DNA from: Planctomycetaceae bacterium
GTDB taxonomy: Bacteria > Planctomycetota > Phycisphaerae > Tepidisphaerales > Tepidisphaeraceae
Reading direction: 5' to 3'
NCBI GenBank assembly: GCA_044464175.1
Contig: JBIQLO010000001.1
Location: 1-62,412 of the forward strand
DNA: 62,412 nucleotides
Of the stretch, positions 18,175 to 27,411 are shown one piece after another. The notes beneath the pieces are model-generated. The model was given only the letters and a program-made list of their open reading frames with translations. It ran no database searches and was not told where the DNA came from. A program made the translations under genes and the position numbers. Each line of letters begins with the position of its first letter. The first letter of the stretch is position 1.

Positions 18175-20550
18175 TTATTCATCGGGCACACCGGTGCGGT
18201 CGACGGCCTGTTTGCCGGTGCGGAGGAGGACGCCGTTGGCATCGGCCTGGGCGCTGACGTGCGCACGGCGGGAGGCATAGACCGAGAACGGCGCGGAGCG
18301 ACCCTGGAGATGGATCACGCCATCCTGGAGCGTCGCTTTGGCCACGGCGGCGTTGGGGATCGACAGTTCCCAGGTCACCTGTGGGGGCGGACGTAGGCCA
18401 TTGGGCTGGGCATAGAAGTAATAGGCGGTCTGGGCCTTGGCGTTGAAGGTGATCGTCAGGCCGTCGTACAGGATTCCGGTCTGCATCTGTCGCGTGGATT
18501 GATCCGTTACCTCATCGATCACATACATCAGGAACGAGGGGCCGGGATGAACATTGTGGGCCTGAAGCTGAACCGGCCCATCCTGGGTGCTATACAGCAG
18601 GACACGGCCTTCGTTGGGCATCCGCGTCGGCTTGGCCGGGGCGGCGGCGGCCGGAGCAGCTCCGAATTGCACCTTCACCGGCGTCAGGGCCGGCGACCAG
18701 CGGGGGCTGAGGATATTCCAGAAATGGTCGAAATCCTTCTCCTTTTTCAGCATCATCTCCACGACCTGGCGATCGGTGCGCTGAAGGGAGGAGGTGAAAT
18801 CGGACGGCAGCATGCCGGCGTTGCGCAAGCGCCACTGGAGCACGATCATGTTCTGCTCGATCAAGGTCAGCCGCCGCTGCTGGGCGGGGGTCATGGGCTG
18901 CTGCCGGGCCTTGAGGAACAGGCTCTCCATTTCCGGGTAGTGCGTCCCGAACAAGGCCTTGAACATCGCCTCATCGGGCATGTAGCGGGCCGAGGGGTGC
19001 GTGCGGTAGTAGTCGCCAAACCAGGTTTCCAGCTTCTGGTAAAGCTCGCCCATGACGGCCGCGGCGTGCGGGCCGTAGGCGCGATCCAGCCACTCGGCCT
19101 GCAAGGCGGCGGCATCCAATTTCGGGTTCCACAGAAGCTTGGCGGAGATGTAATTGACCAGCGCCCCCTGGCTCCAGGCGCCCACCCCATAGAACTTGGC
19201 ACCCTTGATATGGTACTTCACCAGCCGGGGGAAGACGAAGTTGAGGATGTCGATGCCCGGCGGCGTGATCATGCCGCTGTTGAGCGTGAACTGGTTGGGC
19301 AGGTCGTAATAGAACCAGGTGGGCGGGGCGACCTTGGCCCAGCCGCCCATCACCTCGTCGAACAGCTGCCGGGTCCGGGGGCGGTAGAGGGTGTAGCCGT
19401 AGTCAAAGGAAGGGGCGATGACGGGGGTGAAGTTGTCCGGCAGGGTCATGCTCCCCTTGGTGGGCGGGAAGAGGTAGTCGGAATAGATGAAGCCGGCCAG
19501 TTTGCCCTTGGGATATTTTTTGGCCACGACGGCCGAGACATCGTGATACCACTTGAGGATCAGCGGGGTGATGGAGGGATATTCGGCGCCCGGGGGGACG
19601 GGATCGTAGAGCGCCTTGCTCTCTTTGCTCTGGCTCCACCCCCGGCTGTCGCTGGGGGAGAGAGAGTAGGTGTTCATCTGCGGGTCGGCCTTGAGGGCGG
19701 CGATCGCCTGGTCGGCGAAGTAGTTGACCAGCTGGGGATTGGTCGTCTCCAGCTTGTACCGCCCCACCGGCGAAACGCGCTTGCCGTCGATCATGGCGAA
19801 CCAGTCGGGATGGGTTTTGAATTCCTCGGCCGGGACGGTCTGGGTCCAGCTGTGGCCGTCATTGAGGCGGAAGGAGAAGCCAAGTTTCTGATGATCCCCC
19901 CACTGCTGGACGGAGGTGGTGGTCTGGACGTAGGGGAGCGTGCGATAGATGAACAGGGGCGATTCGGTGCGGTCGATCTCGTCAATGGTGAAGGTGGCCT
20001 TGGCCGGCACATCGCGGCCCAGGTCGCCGGGCAGCAGCCAGCGCACGCCCAGATAGTCTTCCAAAAAGGTGTAGACGCCATTGGCGGTGCCGTTGCTGAA
20101 ACCGCCGTTTTCGGTGAACTGCGGGCCGGGGATGTCCGGCTGCGGGGTGTAATTGTTGTAAGGCCGGCCGTTGCTGGTGGTGGTGATCAGGGCGGCGGTG
20201 TCCAGCCCAAGGATGTAGAGGTCCTGCCCCCTGGTGACGATACGGTAGCCCTCGGGTGGAATGTTCTGAATGGACAGCCCGGCGGCTTTGGCCTGCGCGG
20301 TCGAGCCGAGGCTGATGAGCGGGCCGGTTTTAGCCTGATTTTCCTTCTGGATCGGGAGTTTGGCGCCGGTCGCCTCGGCGATGTCGCGCTGCAGCTCCAA
20401 AGCGGCCGCCTGCACGGAATCCGGGGCCTTGGCGGGGATGACAATGGAATAGTCACTTTTTCCCTGATCCGCAATCGTGATCGCGCCAAATGCGCTGCCG
20501 GCCAGGGGAAGAATCAACACAAGCATTCCAGCGCGACAAAATTTCATCAT
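18175..20550 (-). CDS. Secreted DUF4838-type glycoside-hydrolase-like protein (paralog 1)
   Basis: Signal peptide MMKFCRAGMLVLILPLAGSAFG. GTANGVYTFLEDYLGVRWLLPG motif. Collinear similarity to 42802-45684. Confidence 0.75.
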   Translation of the reverse strand: MMKFCRAGMLVLILPLAGSAFGAITIADQGKSDYSIVIPAKAPDSVQAAALELQRDIAEATGAKLPIQKENQAKTGPLISLGSTAQAKAAGLSIQNIPPEGYRIVTRGQDLYILGLDTAALITTTSNGRPYNNYTPQPDIPGPQFTENGGFSNGTANGVYTFLEDYLGVRWLLPGDLGRDVPAKATFTIDEIDRTESPLFIYRTLPYVQTTTSVQQWGDHQKLGFSFRLNDGHSWTQTVPAEEFKTHPDWFAMIDGKRVSPVGRYKLETTNPQLVNYFADQAIAALKADPQMNTYSLSPSDSRGWSQSKESKALYDPVPPGAEYPSITPLILKWYHDVSAVVAKKYPKGKLAGFIYSDYLFPPTKGSMTLPDNFTPVIAPSFDYGYTLYRPRTRQLFDEVMGGWAKVAPPTWFYYDLPNQFTLNSGMITPPGIDILNFVFPRLVKYHIKGAKFYGVGAWSQGALVNYISAKLLWNPKLDAAALQAEWLDRAYGPHAAAVMGELYQKLETWFGDYYRTHPSARYMPDEAMFKALFGTHYPEMESLFLKARQQPMTPAQQRRLTLIEQNMIVLQWRLRNAGMLPSDFTSSLQRTDRQVVEMMLKKEKDFDHFWNILSPRWSPALTPVKVQFGAAPAAAAPAKPTRMPNEGRVLLYSTQDGPVQLQAHNVHPGPSFLMYVIDEVTDQSTRQMQTGILYDGLTITFNAKAQTAYYFYAQPNGLRPPPQVTWELSIPNAAVAKATLQDGVIHLQGRSAPFSVYASRRAHVSAQADANGVLLRTGKQAVDRTGVPDE

Positions 20551-20598
20551 GATTCTGAAGTCCTGTTTCATGCAGTCATTGATCACCGGCGGCTTGCC

Positions 20599-21339
20599 TT
20601 ACGGATTGGGTTTGGCGGGCCAATCGTAGGCACGGGTGGACTCAACCACCTGTGTTGCGGGCGGGGGATACGCCGCCAGGTCCCGCTTGGAATAGACCAC
20701 ATACATGCTGCCCACCTTGCTGTTGGAAAAGAGCATGAAAGAACCCCAATCCTTGGGCTCGAATTTGACGCTTCCATCGGCAAACAGCACGTTGCCGCCC
20801 CGGGGGTGGCCCGGCTTCATCCAGTTCGGCGCACTGGTGCCGAAGGAGACATACATGAAATCCTGCGCCAGCGCCTGCTCGTTCTTGATGTCGGGCATTC
20901 GGGGGCCGTAGGCCCGCCGTTCGGCGGGATTGGTGCTCCAGTTGTTGAGCATGAGGTAGCCGACGTATCGGTTCGTGCGAACCCAATCGACCGGGAACTG
21001 GTCCTGCTCCGGACAGACGAACACCGCAGCGTTCTTGAGGTACGGCATATACGGATTGAGGGTGGATTCATCCGCAATGGTCGTGGAACCGTCGGGGAGG
21101 GCGTAATTGTTGAAGACGTAAGGGTTGTTGAGCATCGCCGCCCGCCCCAGCCACTGGCGATTGTCCTGGGTGTACATGCGCATGGCAAGGCCGATCTGGC
21201 GAAGCTGGGAGCCGCAGGAGACGACCTTGGCCGCCTCGCGGGCGCGGTTCAAGGCGGGCAGGAGCATCGCGATCAGGATCGCTATGATGCCGATGACGAC
21301 TAGCAGTTCCACCAGGGTAAAGGCGTGTTTTCGAGGCAT
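20599..21339 (-). CDS. DUF1559-type protein with a prepilin N-terminal cleavage/methylation domain (paralog 1)
   Basis: [37 protein letters not shown]... and a C-terminal [11 protein letters not shown] motif. AGGAG RBS precedes the ATG at 21339. Confidence 0.85.
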   Translation of the reverse strand: MPRKHAFTLVELLVVIGIIAILIAMLLPALNRAREAAKVVSCGSQLRQIGLAMRMYTQDNRQWLGRAAMLNNPYVFNNYALPDGSTTIADESTLNPYMPYLKNAAVFVCPEQDQFPVDWVRTNRYVGYLMLNNWSTNPAERRAYGPRMPDIKNEQALAQDFMYVSFGTSAPNWMKPGHPRGGNVLFADGSVKFEPKDWGSFMLFSNSKVGSMYVVYSKRDLAAYPPPATQVVESTRAYDWPAKPNP

Positions 21340-21381
21340 GGATGCTCCTATTTTGCTCAGGCTGAACCGATTCGCGCTCAT

Positions 21382-22536
21382 TTAAGTTGCTTTCTCCAGA
21401 ACGACATCGAACGTAGCCAGCCGCGGTTCGCCGCCGGGCGCACGCGGGATTTCCAGCGCCCCATCCATGGACGGATCGCTGGAGCGCCGCACCACCAGGT
21501 GCGGCGGCAATTCGATACGCCGGTATCCCTTGGCGGTTCGCACCGCCTCCAGGCCCCCCTCCAACTGTTCCAGTAGCAGATCAAAGGCCGTCCGTCCTAC
21601 CTCATCGCGCGGCTGATGGACACTCGAGAGCCCCACCGGCAGGTAAGGGGCGAACAGATCATCGTCGAAACCAACCAGGGCCACATCGCCCGGCACGGCC
21701 CGCCCGGCCGCCCGCAGGGCGTGCAATACGCCCATCGCCACCGTATCGGAGGCGACAGCCAGGGCGTCGATGTCCGGATGTTCTGCCAGCAGCCGCCGCC
21801 CCAGTTCCACCCCCATGGCCGGGGCGTCAAATCCCAGCGGCTGCCCGTAGGTGATCGTCGGCACGTGCCGGGCATCCAGCCCCGCCTCTTGCAGTGCCCG
21901 GGCCATGCCGCGCAGTTTGGCGCGGCCCTGGGGGCTTTCATGGGAAGTCAGAACGAAGGCCGGTCGCCGCCGCCCGATCTCCAGCAGATGACGCACCTGC
22001 AAATAGCCCCCCTTCTGGCGGTCGATGCTCACATCGGGCGTCGCCAGCGGCAGGTGGGAATCGAGCGTGACCAGCGGCTTGTCCATCGCCAGAACCTGCT
22101 CGACGATTCGACCCTCACATTGCGCGGAGGGGCGCATGATCAGCCCGTCCACGCGCTCGTCCAGAAAGGTGCGGAGGTATTCCTCTTCCCGGTCCGGATC
22201 GCCGCGATGGAGCCCCAGCAGCAGGTGGTATCCCTTTTCCGCCGCGCGGGCCTCGATGGCGTTAAGGCGCCGGGCGGCAATGCCATCCCCCTGCGAGCCC
22301 AGCACCAGCCCGATTTTGCGGGTGGCCGCGCCGCGCATGCCGCGGGCCAACGGGTTGGGGCGATAGCTCATGCGCTGTGCAGTTTCGCGGACGCGCTGGC
22401 GGACGGCCTCGGAGGCGTAACAATCTGCCCGCCCCCCCAGCACGGCCGAAACGGTGCTGATGGAAACCTTCGCCTCTCGGGCCACATCCTTCAGCCGAGG
22501 GGTGCGAGGGGCGGTTTGAGGCCCGGATCGTTCCAT
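21382..22536 (-). CDS. LacI-family transcriptional regulator (paralog 1)
   Basis: HTH LKDVAREAKVSISTVSAVL plus a periplasmic-binding-protein-like sugar-binding core. ATG at 22536 was chosen because earlier in-frame ATGs fall inside the candidate promoter. Confidence 0.85.
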   Translation of the reverse strand: MERSGPQTAPRTPRLKDVAREAKVSISTVSAVLGGRADCYASEAVRQRVRETAQRMSYRPNPLARGMRGAATRKIGLVLGSQGDGIAARRLNAIEARAAEKGYHLLLGLHRGDPDREEEYLRTFLDERVDGLIMRPSAQCEGRIVEQVLAMDKPLVTLDSHLPLATPDVSIDRQKGGYLQVRHLLEIGRRRPAFVLTSHESPQGRAKLRGMARALQEAGLDARHVPTITYGQPLGFDAPAMGVELGRRLLAEHPDIDALAVASDTVAMGVLHALRAAGRAVPGDVALVGFDDDLFAPYLPVGLSSVHQPRDEVGRTAFDLLLEQLEGGLEAVRTAKGYRRIELPPHLVVRRSSDPSMDGALEIPRAPGGEPRLATFDVVLEKAT

Positions 22537-22545
22537 ATGGATCAT

Positions 22546-22573
22546 TCTATACATCGGGCCGAAAAGGTGTCAA
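22546..22573 (-). promoter_or_regulatory. Candidate promoter TTGACA-N16-TATAGA for the LacI/DUF1559/DUF4838 operon
   Basis: Read on the minus strand: TTGACA at 22573-22568 and TATAGA at 22551-22546. The ATG at 22536 lies 9 nt downstream, implying a leaderless-type mRNA. Confidence 0.35.
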
Positions 22574-22642
22574 TCAACAGCAGAGCGGCTCTGTGCCGGG
22601 AAACCAAGGCCGGGGCGGGATCGACGAAAAGTGTCTAAAGAA

Positions 22643-23827
22643 TTACTCCAGTTCGGCCACGGGAACGACCTGGCCTTGGGCGGCCGACTGGTCGATGGCG
22701 CAGGCCACGGCGACCACGTTGAATCCATCTTCCAAATCCGGCTTGACCTGGCGGTTTTCGCGGATGCCGTCGGTGAAAATCTTGGCCAGACGGTCATCCC
22801 CCCCGCCGTGGCCCCCTTCGCTGGGGATGTTCCAGTGTTCCTGGCGGGTGGACCCGATCCAGCTGACTTCGATTCGCTGGAAGGGATTGCCGTTGAAGAC
22901 CTGAATGCTCAGCCGCCCCCGGTCGCCGATGATGGTGTGCTCCACCTTGTAGTCGGGCGTGAAAAAGCACTCAATATAGCTGCCGCGCGCCCCGCTGGCG
23001 TAGTTGAGCGTCACAATCTGGTTGTCGTGCAGGTCCACATCCTCACCGTAAACGCACAGGTGGTTCTTGGTGGACTTGGGATTGGGCAGCCCGTTGATCC
23101 GCACTTTGTCAGCCGAATACATGCACTCGGCCGCGATGTCGCATTCCTCGCAGGTCAGGCCGGCGGGCTTGTCGCCGCCGAAGTGGTCCTGCCCCGCCGA
23201 GGCGAAGACGCTCAGGGGGCGGCTGTTCATCAGGTACATCTGGATGTCCAGCTGATGCACCGCCTTCTGCAGGGTCAGGGTGTTGCCGGGGGGCTTGTGG
23301 CTGTTGTGCCACTCCCGTCGCCGCCAAAAGCTGCCCATCCGCCCGCAGGAATCGACCGTCATCGCCAGGCGCGGCGTGCCGATGAGGCCGTCCTCGATTT
23401 TCTGCTTGGCCTCGATGATTGCCTGGGCGTAGCGGAATTCGTGTCCCACCACCCCCACCTTCCCCGAGCGCCGCCAGCGCCGCACCAGGTCGCGGGCGTC
23501 GGATATGGAGGTGGTCATCGGCTTTTCGACAAAACAGTGAAAGCCGCGATCCAGGACGCTGGAGGCGATTTTGTGATGGGTGGCGTCGCTAGTGGCGATG
23601 AGGGCGGCATCGAACTCGCCCCATTTGAGCAGCGCTTCGACGTCGGTGAAGACGGGGACGGGGGGCTGATCCTTCGGAAATTCGGCCGCCCGCTGGCGGG
23701 CCAGCGGTTCGTTCAGGTCACAAATGGCGGCCGGGCGGGCCAGTCCCTGCGGCTGCCAGATCGACTGCACCAGCGAGACGCCACGGGTGGCGCCAATCAT
23801 GGCGACGCGGGGGGAGCTGACATTCAT
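22643..23827 (-). CDS. Gfo/Idh/MocA-family oxidoreductase
   Basis: N-terminal Rossmann fold (VAMIGATRG...) and an EKP motif (CFVEKPM) typical of the family. Confidence 0.85.
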   Translation of the reverse strand: MNVSSPRVAMIGATRGVSLVQSIWQPQGLARPAAICDLNEPLARQRAAEFPKDQPPVPVFTDVEALLKWGEFDAALIATSDATHHKIASSVLDRGFHCFVEKPMTTSISDARDLVRRWRRSGKVGVVGHEFRYAQAIIEAKQKIEDGLIGTPRLAMTVDSCGRMGSFWRRREWHNSHKPPGNTLTLQKAVHQLDIQMYLMNSRPLSVFASAGQDHFGGDKPAGLTCEECDIAAECMYSADKVRINGLPNPKSTKNHLCVYGEDVDLHDNQIVTLNYASGARGSYIECFFTPDYKVEHTIIGDRGRLSIQVFNGNPFQRIEVSWIGSTRQEHWNIPSEGGHGGGDDRLAKIFTDGIRENRQVKPDLEDGFNVVAVACAIDQSAAQGQVVPVAELE

Positions 23828-23961
23828 GCGCGTGTCCTTTTTAGGGCGGGAGCCTTCCAGGCCGCGGCTGAAATGACGGTCTGGAAGGGCGTACAACGTT
23901 CCATGGGTTCATCTTACGGACTGGGCCGAGGGGGTGTCAATTTGAGCCAGTGCCGGATATC

Positions 23962-23998
23962 CCAACAAAAAGGCCGACGGAATGATCCCGTCGGCCTT
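23962..23998 (-). terminator. Intrinsic terminator of the nuo operon
   Basis: AAGGCCGACGG / CCGTCGGCCTT stem. On the minus strand it is followed by TTTTGTTGG. Lies 22 nt after the nuoN stop. Confidence 0.65.
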
Positions 23999-24019
23999 CG
24001 ATGGATTGGCAAACCCCAA

Positions 24020-25654
24020 TCACCGCACCAGGGCGGTCTTTTCCAGCGAGGGCTGGGCGGGCACGGCGGCCGAGTCCATGTGGGCGGCGGACTGGGCACG
24101 GTTGGTCAGACCATTGGTGGCCGGCAGGACGATGCCGAACCAGAGGGTGCCGGCAGCCGACAGCAGCACGCAGGCGGCGATGGGGGCTGAACGGGGGCGC
24201 TCGCCGGGGGCAAAGGGGACATCGCGCAGGTGGGCCGGTTCAGGCCGCAGGAACATTGCAGCGATGATCCGCAGGTAGTAGCCGGCCGAGACGGCGGCAT
24301 TCAGCACCAGCAGCACGACGAGCCAGGTCATGAAGGTCTTGACGGAGGGATCGGCATGAGCGGCGGCCAAGGCCGGTTTAATGAGATAGACCTTGCCGAA
24401 GAAGCCGATGGTGAACGGCAGCCCGGTGAGGCTGAAGCAGACGATGATCATCGCCAGCCCCAGAGCCAGGTGATGCCGCCCCTGCCCGGCCAGATCGTCG
24501 AGGGTTTCAGCGCTGGTCGCCGGTCCGCCGCGGCGGCTGGGCAGCAGCGTCAGGACGGCGAACGCGCCGGTGTTCATGATGCCGTAGGCCGCCAGGTAAA
24601 ACAGCACGCCCCGCATCGCCATGTCCTGAACCTGATTCGACTGGGTCATGACCATGGCGGTGATGCCGACGAGCATGTAGCCGCTGTGGGCGATGGAACT
24701 GTACGCCAGCATCCGTTTCACGTTCGTCTGCCACAGCGCCACCACATTGCCGACGCACATGGTGAATACGGCGATGATCCAGAGGAGCTTGGCCAGCGTG
24801 TGCGGCAGGAAATACGCCCCGCCGCCGAAGACGAACAGAATCTTCATCAGGGCGACAAAGCCGCTGATTTTCGGCACGAAGGCCAGAAAGGCGGTCACGG
24901 GGGTGGCCGCCCCCTGATACACATCCCCGGCATAAAAATGGAGGGGGACCGCCGCCATTTTGAAGGCGAACCCCGCGATTAACACAACCACCGCCAGCAT
25001 CTGCCAGACATCCAACCCGCCGGCCGCCCCCTGGATCGAGTGGCGGAAGGCTTCGGAGATGCCGCTGAGGCTGGTCAGTCCGGTTGTGCCGTAGAGGTAG
25101 GTGAAGCCCAGCAGCATGAGGGCCGCGGCCAGGGCCCCGAGGAAAAAGTATTTGACGCCCGCCTCCTGCGCCACCGGCAGCGGGCGGGAGATCGCCACCA
25201 TGATGTAGGTGGGGATGCTGGAGAGTTCGATCCCCAGAAACAGGAGCATGATATCGTTGGCGCCGGCGATGATGAAGACGCCGGCGATGGACAGGAGCAT
25301 CAGGCCGTAAAACTCCCCGGCATCGCGCCCGAAATTCAGCGCGGCGTTACCGGTGGCGTCATCGTTGCTGGGCCAGGCGACCAGTACCAGCAGGACGCCC
25401 ACGCCGGCGGTCAGGAGCTTGATGTACCAAGTGAAGTTGAAGAGGCGCACGGTGTCCCCCGCCCCGCTGTAGAGGGAGGTGGTGGGGTTCAGGCTCCATT
25501 CAATGATGAAGATGGCGATCAGCGTCACCAGCGCCACGATCGGCGCCAGGCGGCGCGAGGCCCGCTTGGAGCTGGTCCCCAGGAGGATCAGGAACGCGCC
25601 CACGATCCCGAGGACGAATTCCGGCCACATGACTTGTAATAGAGACGAATGCAT
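24020..25654 (-). CDS. nuoN: NADH-quinone oxidoreductase subunit N
   Basis: Polytopic antiporter-like subunit. Last gene of the J-K-L-M-N order. Confidence 0.9.
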   Translation of the reverse strand: MHSSLLQVMWPEFVLGIVGAFLILLGTSSKRASRRLAPIVALVTLIAIFIIEWSLNPTTSLYSGAGDTVRLFNFTWYIKLLTAGVGVLLVLVAWPSNDDATGNAALNFGRDAGEFYGLMLLSIAGVFIIAGANDIMLLFLGIELSSIPTYIMVAISRPLPVAQEAGVKYFFLGALAAALMLLGFTYLYGTTGLTSLSGISEAFRHSIQGAAGGLDVWQMLAVVVLIAGFAFKMAAVPLHFYAGDVYQGAATPVTAFLAFVPKISGFVALMKILFVFGGGAYFLPHTLAKLLWIIAVFTMCVGNVVALWQTNVKRMLAYSSIAHSGYMLVGITAMVMTQSNQVQDMAMRGVLFYLAAYGIMNTGAFAVLTLLPSRRGGPATSAETLDDLAGQGRHHLALGLAMIIVCFSLTGLPFTIGFFGKVYLIKPALAAAHADPSVKTFMTWLVVLLVLNAAVSAGYYLRIIAAMFLRPEPAHLRDVPFAPGERPRSAPIAACVLLSAAGTLWFGIVLPATNGLTNRAQSAAHMDSAAVPAQPSLEKTALVR

Positions 25655-25661
25655 TAGTGCG

Positions 25662-25690
25662 GTTACCAGTTATCAGTTGCCAGTTGCCAG
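25662..25690. repeat. CCAGTTG tandem heptamers spanning the nuoN/nuoM junction
   Basis: GTTACCAGTTATCAGTTGCCAGTTGCCAG. Covers the 18-nt spacer and the last nuoM codons (..LATGN stop). Confidence 0.8.
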
Positions 25691-27319
25691 AGTGATCGCG
25701 GTCGAAGGATGCACCTCCAAGGCCGCCACCCGAATCCCGGAACCCGAATCCCGGCTGTCGACCACCGACTGCTGAATCGGGCGCAGGATATCCTGCACCG
25801 GCTTGAGGATCGGCGAGAGGACGCCGTTGGGCAGCACGCCCAGCAGCACTACCGCCAACGCCAGCGGCACCAGAATCGCCACTTCGCGCCCGTTCAGGTC
25901 GGGTTTGGGCCCGGCGTGGTGGGCATGGCCCGGCTCGCCGTGATCGGCGGTCGGGTGCTTCAGCGGGCCGAAGATCACCCGGGCGACCATGTGCAGCATG
26001 TAGAGCGCGCCCAGGATCACGCCCAGCGCCCCCAGCACGCCAAAGCCGATGCCCAGGTGGGGCGAGGTGAACGCCCCCAGGAGCGTCAGAAATTCGCTGA
26101 CAAACCCGTTCAATCCCGGCAGGCCGATGCTGGAGAGGGCAAACAGTACGAAGAAGAAGGCCAGCTTGGGCATGACCCGCGCCAGGCCGGAAAGCTCATG
26201 GATGTCGCGGGTGTGGTAGCGCTCGTAGATCATCCCGATCACAAGGAACATCGCCCCGGTGCTCAGGCCGTGGTTGATCATGTAGAGGACCGATCCCTGC
26301 TGTCCGATTTCGTTCAGGGCGAACAGCCCCAGCACGCAAAAGCCCAGGTGGGAAACCGAGGAGTAGGCGACCAGCTTCTTGATGTCCTGTTGCACCCACG
26401 CCACCAGGGCAGCGTAGATGATCCCGATGACGCACACGATGCCGATCCACTTGACCAGCAGCGGGAAGGAGACGCCCGTGGCGGTGATCAGGCCGATGGG
26501 AATCGCCAGGCGGAACAGCCCGTAGGTCCCCAGCTTCAGCAACACGCCGGCCAGGATCACGCTGCCGGCGGTCGGGGCCTCGGTGTGCGCCAGTGGCAGC
26601 CAGGTATGGACCGGGAACAGCGGCACCTTCACGGCGAAACCGGACAGGAAGCCGAGAATCACCCACCAGCGCTCGCTGTGGGTGAGGGCAGGGATGCCGG
26701 GGAGGCCGTGCTGCGCCCCGGCCACGATGGTGGCGATGTCGAAGGTGTTGTACTTCAGGCCCAGGTAGATCGCCGTGGCCAGCGTCAGCATGGAGCCGGT
26801 AAAGGTGAAAATGAAGAACTTGATCGCCGCGTAATTCCGCTCCGGACCGCCCCAGACGCCGATCAGGAAGAACATCGGGATCAGGGTCAGCTCGAAGAAG
26901 ATGTAGAACATCAGCAGGTCGGCGGCCACGAAAACGCCGAGCATGGTGAACGCCATGCCCAGCATCCAGGCGTAATACTCCTGCTGGCGCTGCTGGATGT
27001 AGCTGAAGCTGCCGGCCACGGAGATCGGCATCAGCACGACCGTGAGCATCATCAGCCACATGCTCACCGCGTCGGCCGACAGATGGAAGCTGAATCCGAT
27101 GCCCGGCACCTGCAGCGAGGAGAGGCTCCAGTCAAGGGTCGCCCCGGGCGTGAGCCAGGGGAACTGAAGCACCATCGCCAGCCCGACCAGCGCCGTCAGC
27201 AGACTGACAAACAGGGACCAGGTCTGGGCGGCCCTGGTCTGGCGGATGAACGCCGCCACGATCGTCCCCACCAGAGGGACGGCCAGAAGAAGCGGAAGCC
27301 AGATGCTGTGTACGATCAT
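25673..27319 (-). CDS. nuoM: NADH-quinone oxidoreductase subunit M, with a repeat-encoded C-terminal tail
   Basis: Antiporter-like subunit. The final ~30 aa (VVDSRDSGSGIRVAALEVHPSTAITLATGN) are encoded by heptamer repeats. Confidence 0.9.
   Translation of the reverse strand: MIVHSIWLPLLLAVPLVGTIVAAFIRQTRAAQTWSLFVSLLTALVGLAMVLQFPWLTPGATLDWSLSSLQVPGIGFSFHLSADAVSMWLMMLTVVLMPISVAGSFSYIQQRQQEYYAWMLGMAFTMLGVFVAADLLMFYIFFELTLIPMFFLIGVWGGPERNYAAIKFFIFTFTGSMLTLATAIYLGLKYNTFDIATIVAGAQHGLPGIPALTHSERWWVILGFLSGFAVKVPLFPVHTWLPLAHTEAPTAGSVILAGVLLKLGTYGLFRLAIPIGLITATGVSFPLLVKWIGIVCVIGIIYAALVAWVQQDIKKLVAYSSVSHLGFCVLGLFALNEIGQQGSVLYMINHGLSTGAMFLVIGMIYERYHTRDIHELSGLARVMPKLAFFFVLFALSSIGLPGLNGFVSEFLTLLGAFTSPHLGIGFGVLGALGVILGALYMLHMVARVIFGPLKHPTADHGEPGHAHHAGPKPDLNGREVAILVPLALAVVLLGVLPNGVLSPILKPVQDILRPIQQSVVDSRDSGSGIRVAALEVHPSTAITLATGN
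25729..25754. repeat. CCCGAAT/CCCGGAA tandem heptamers inside the nuoM 3' end
   Basis: CCCGAATCCCGGAACCCGAATCCCGG. Same unit (complement of CGGGATT) as 7441-7508 and 40818-40836. Confidence 0.8.
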
Positions 27320-27321
27320 GT

Positions 27322-27405
27322 TATTTGTTATGTGTTATTGGCAATTCGTTATTGGCCATTTGCGAAGGACAAACCAACCAGTAACAAACAACCAGCAACA
27401 AAAAT
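27322..27405. repeat. AT-richer imperfect hairpin with ~7-nt periodic arms in the nuoM/nuoL spacer
   Basis: The left arm GTTATTGGCAATTCGTTATTGG opposes the right arm CCAACCAGTAACAAACAACCAGCAAC. Fills the 92-nt spacer. Confidence 0.55.
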
Positions 27406-27411
27406 CAGTTC

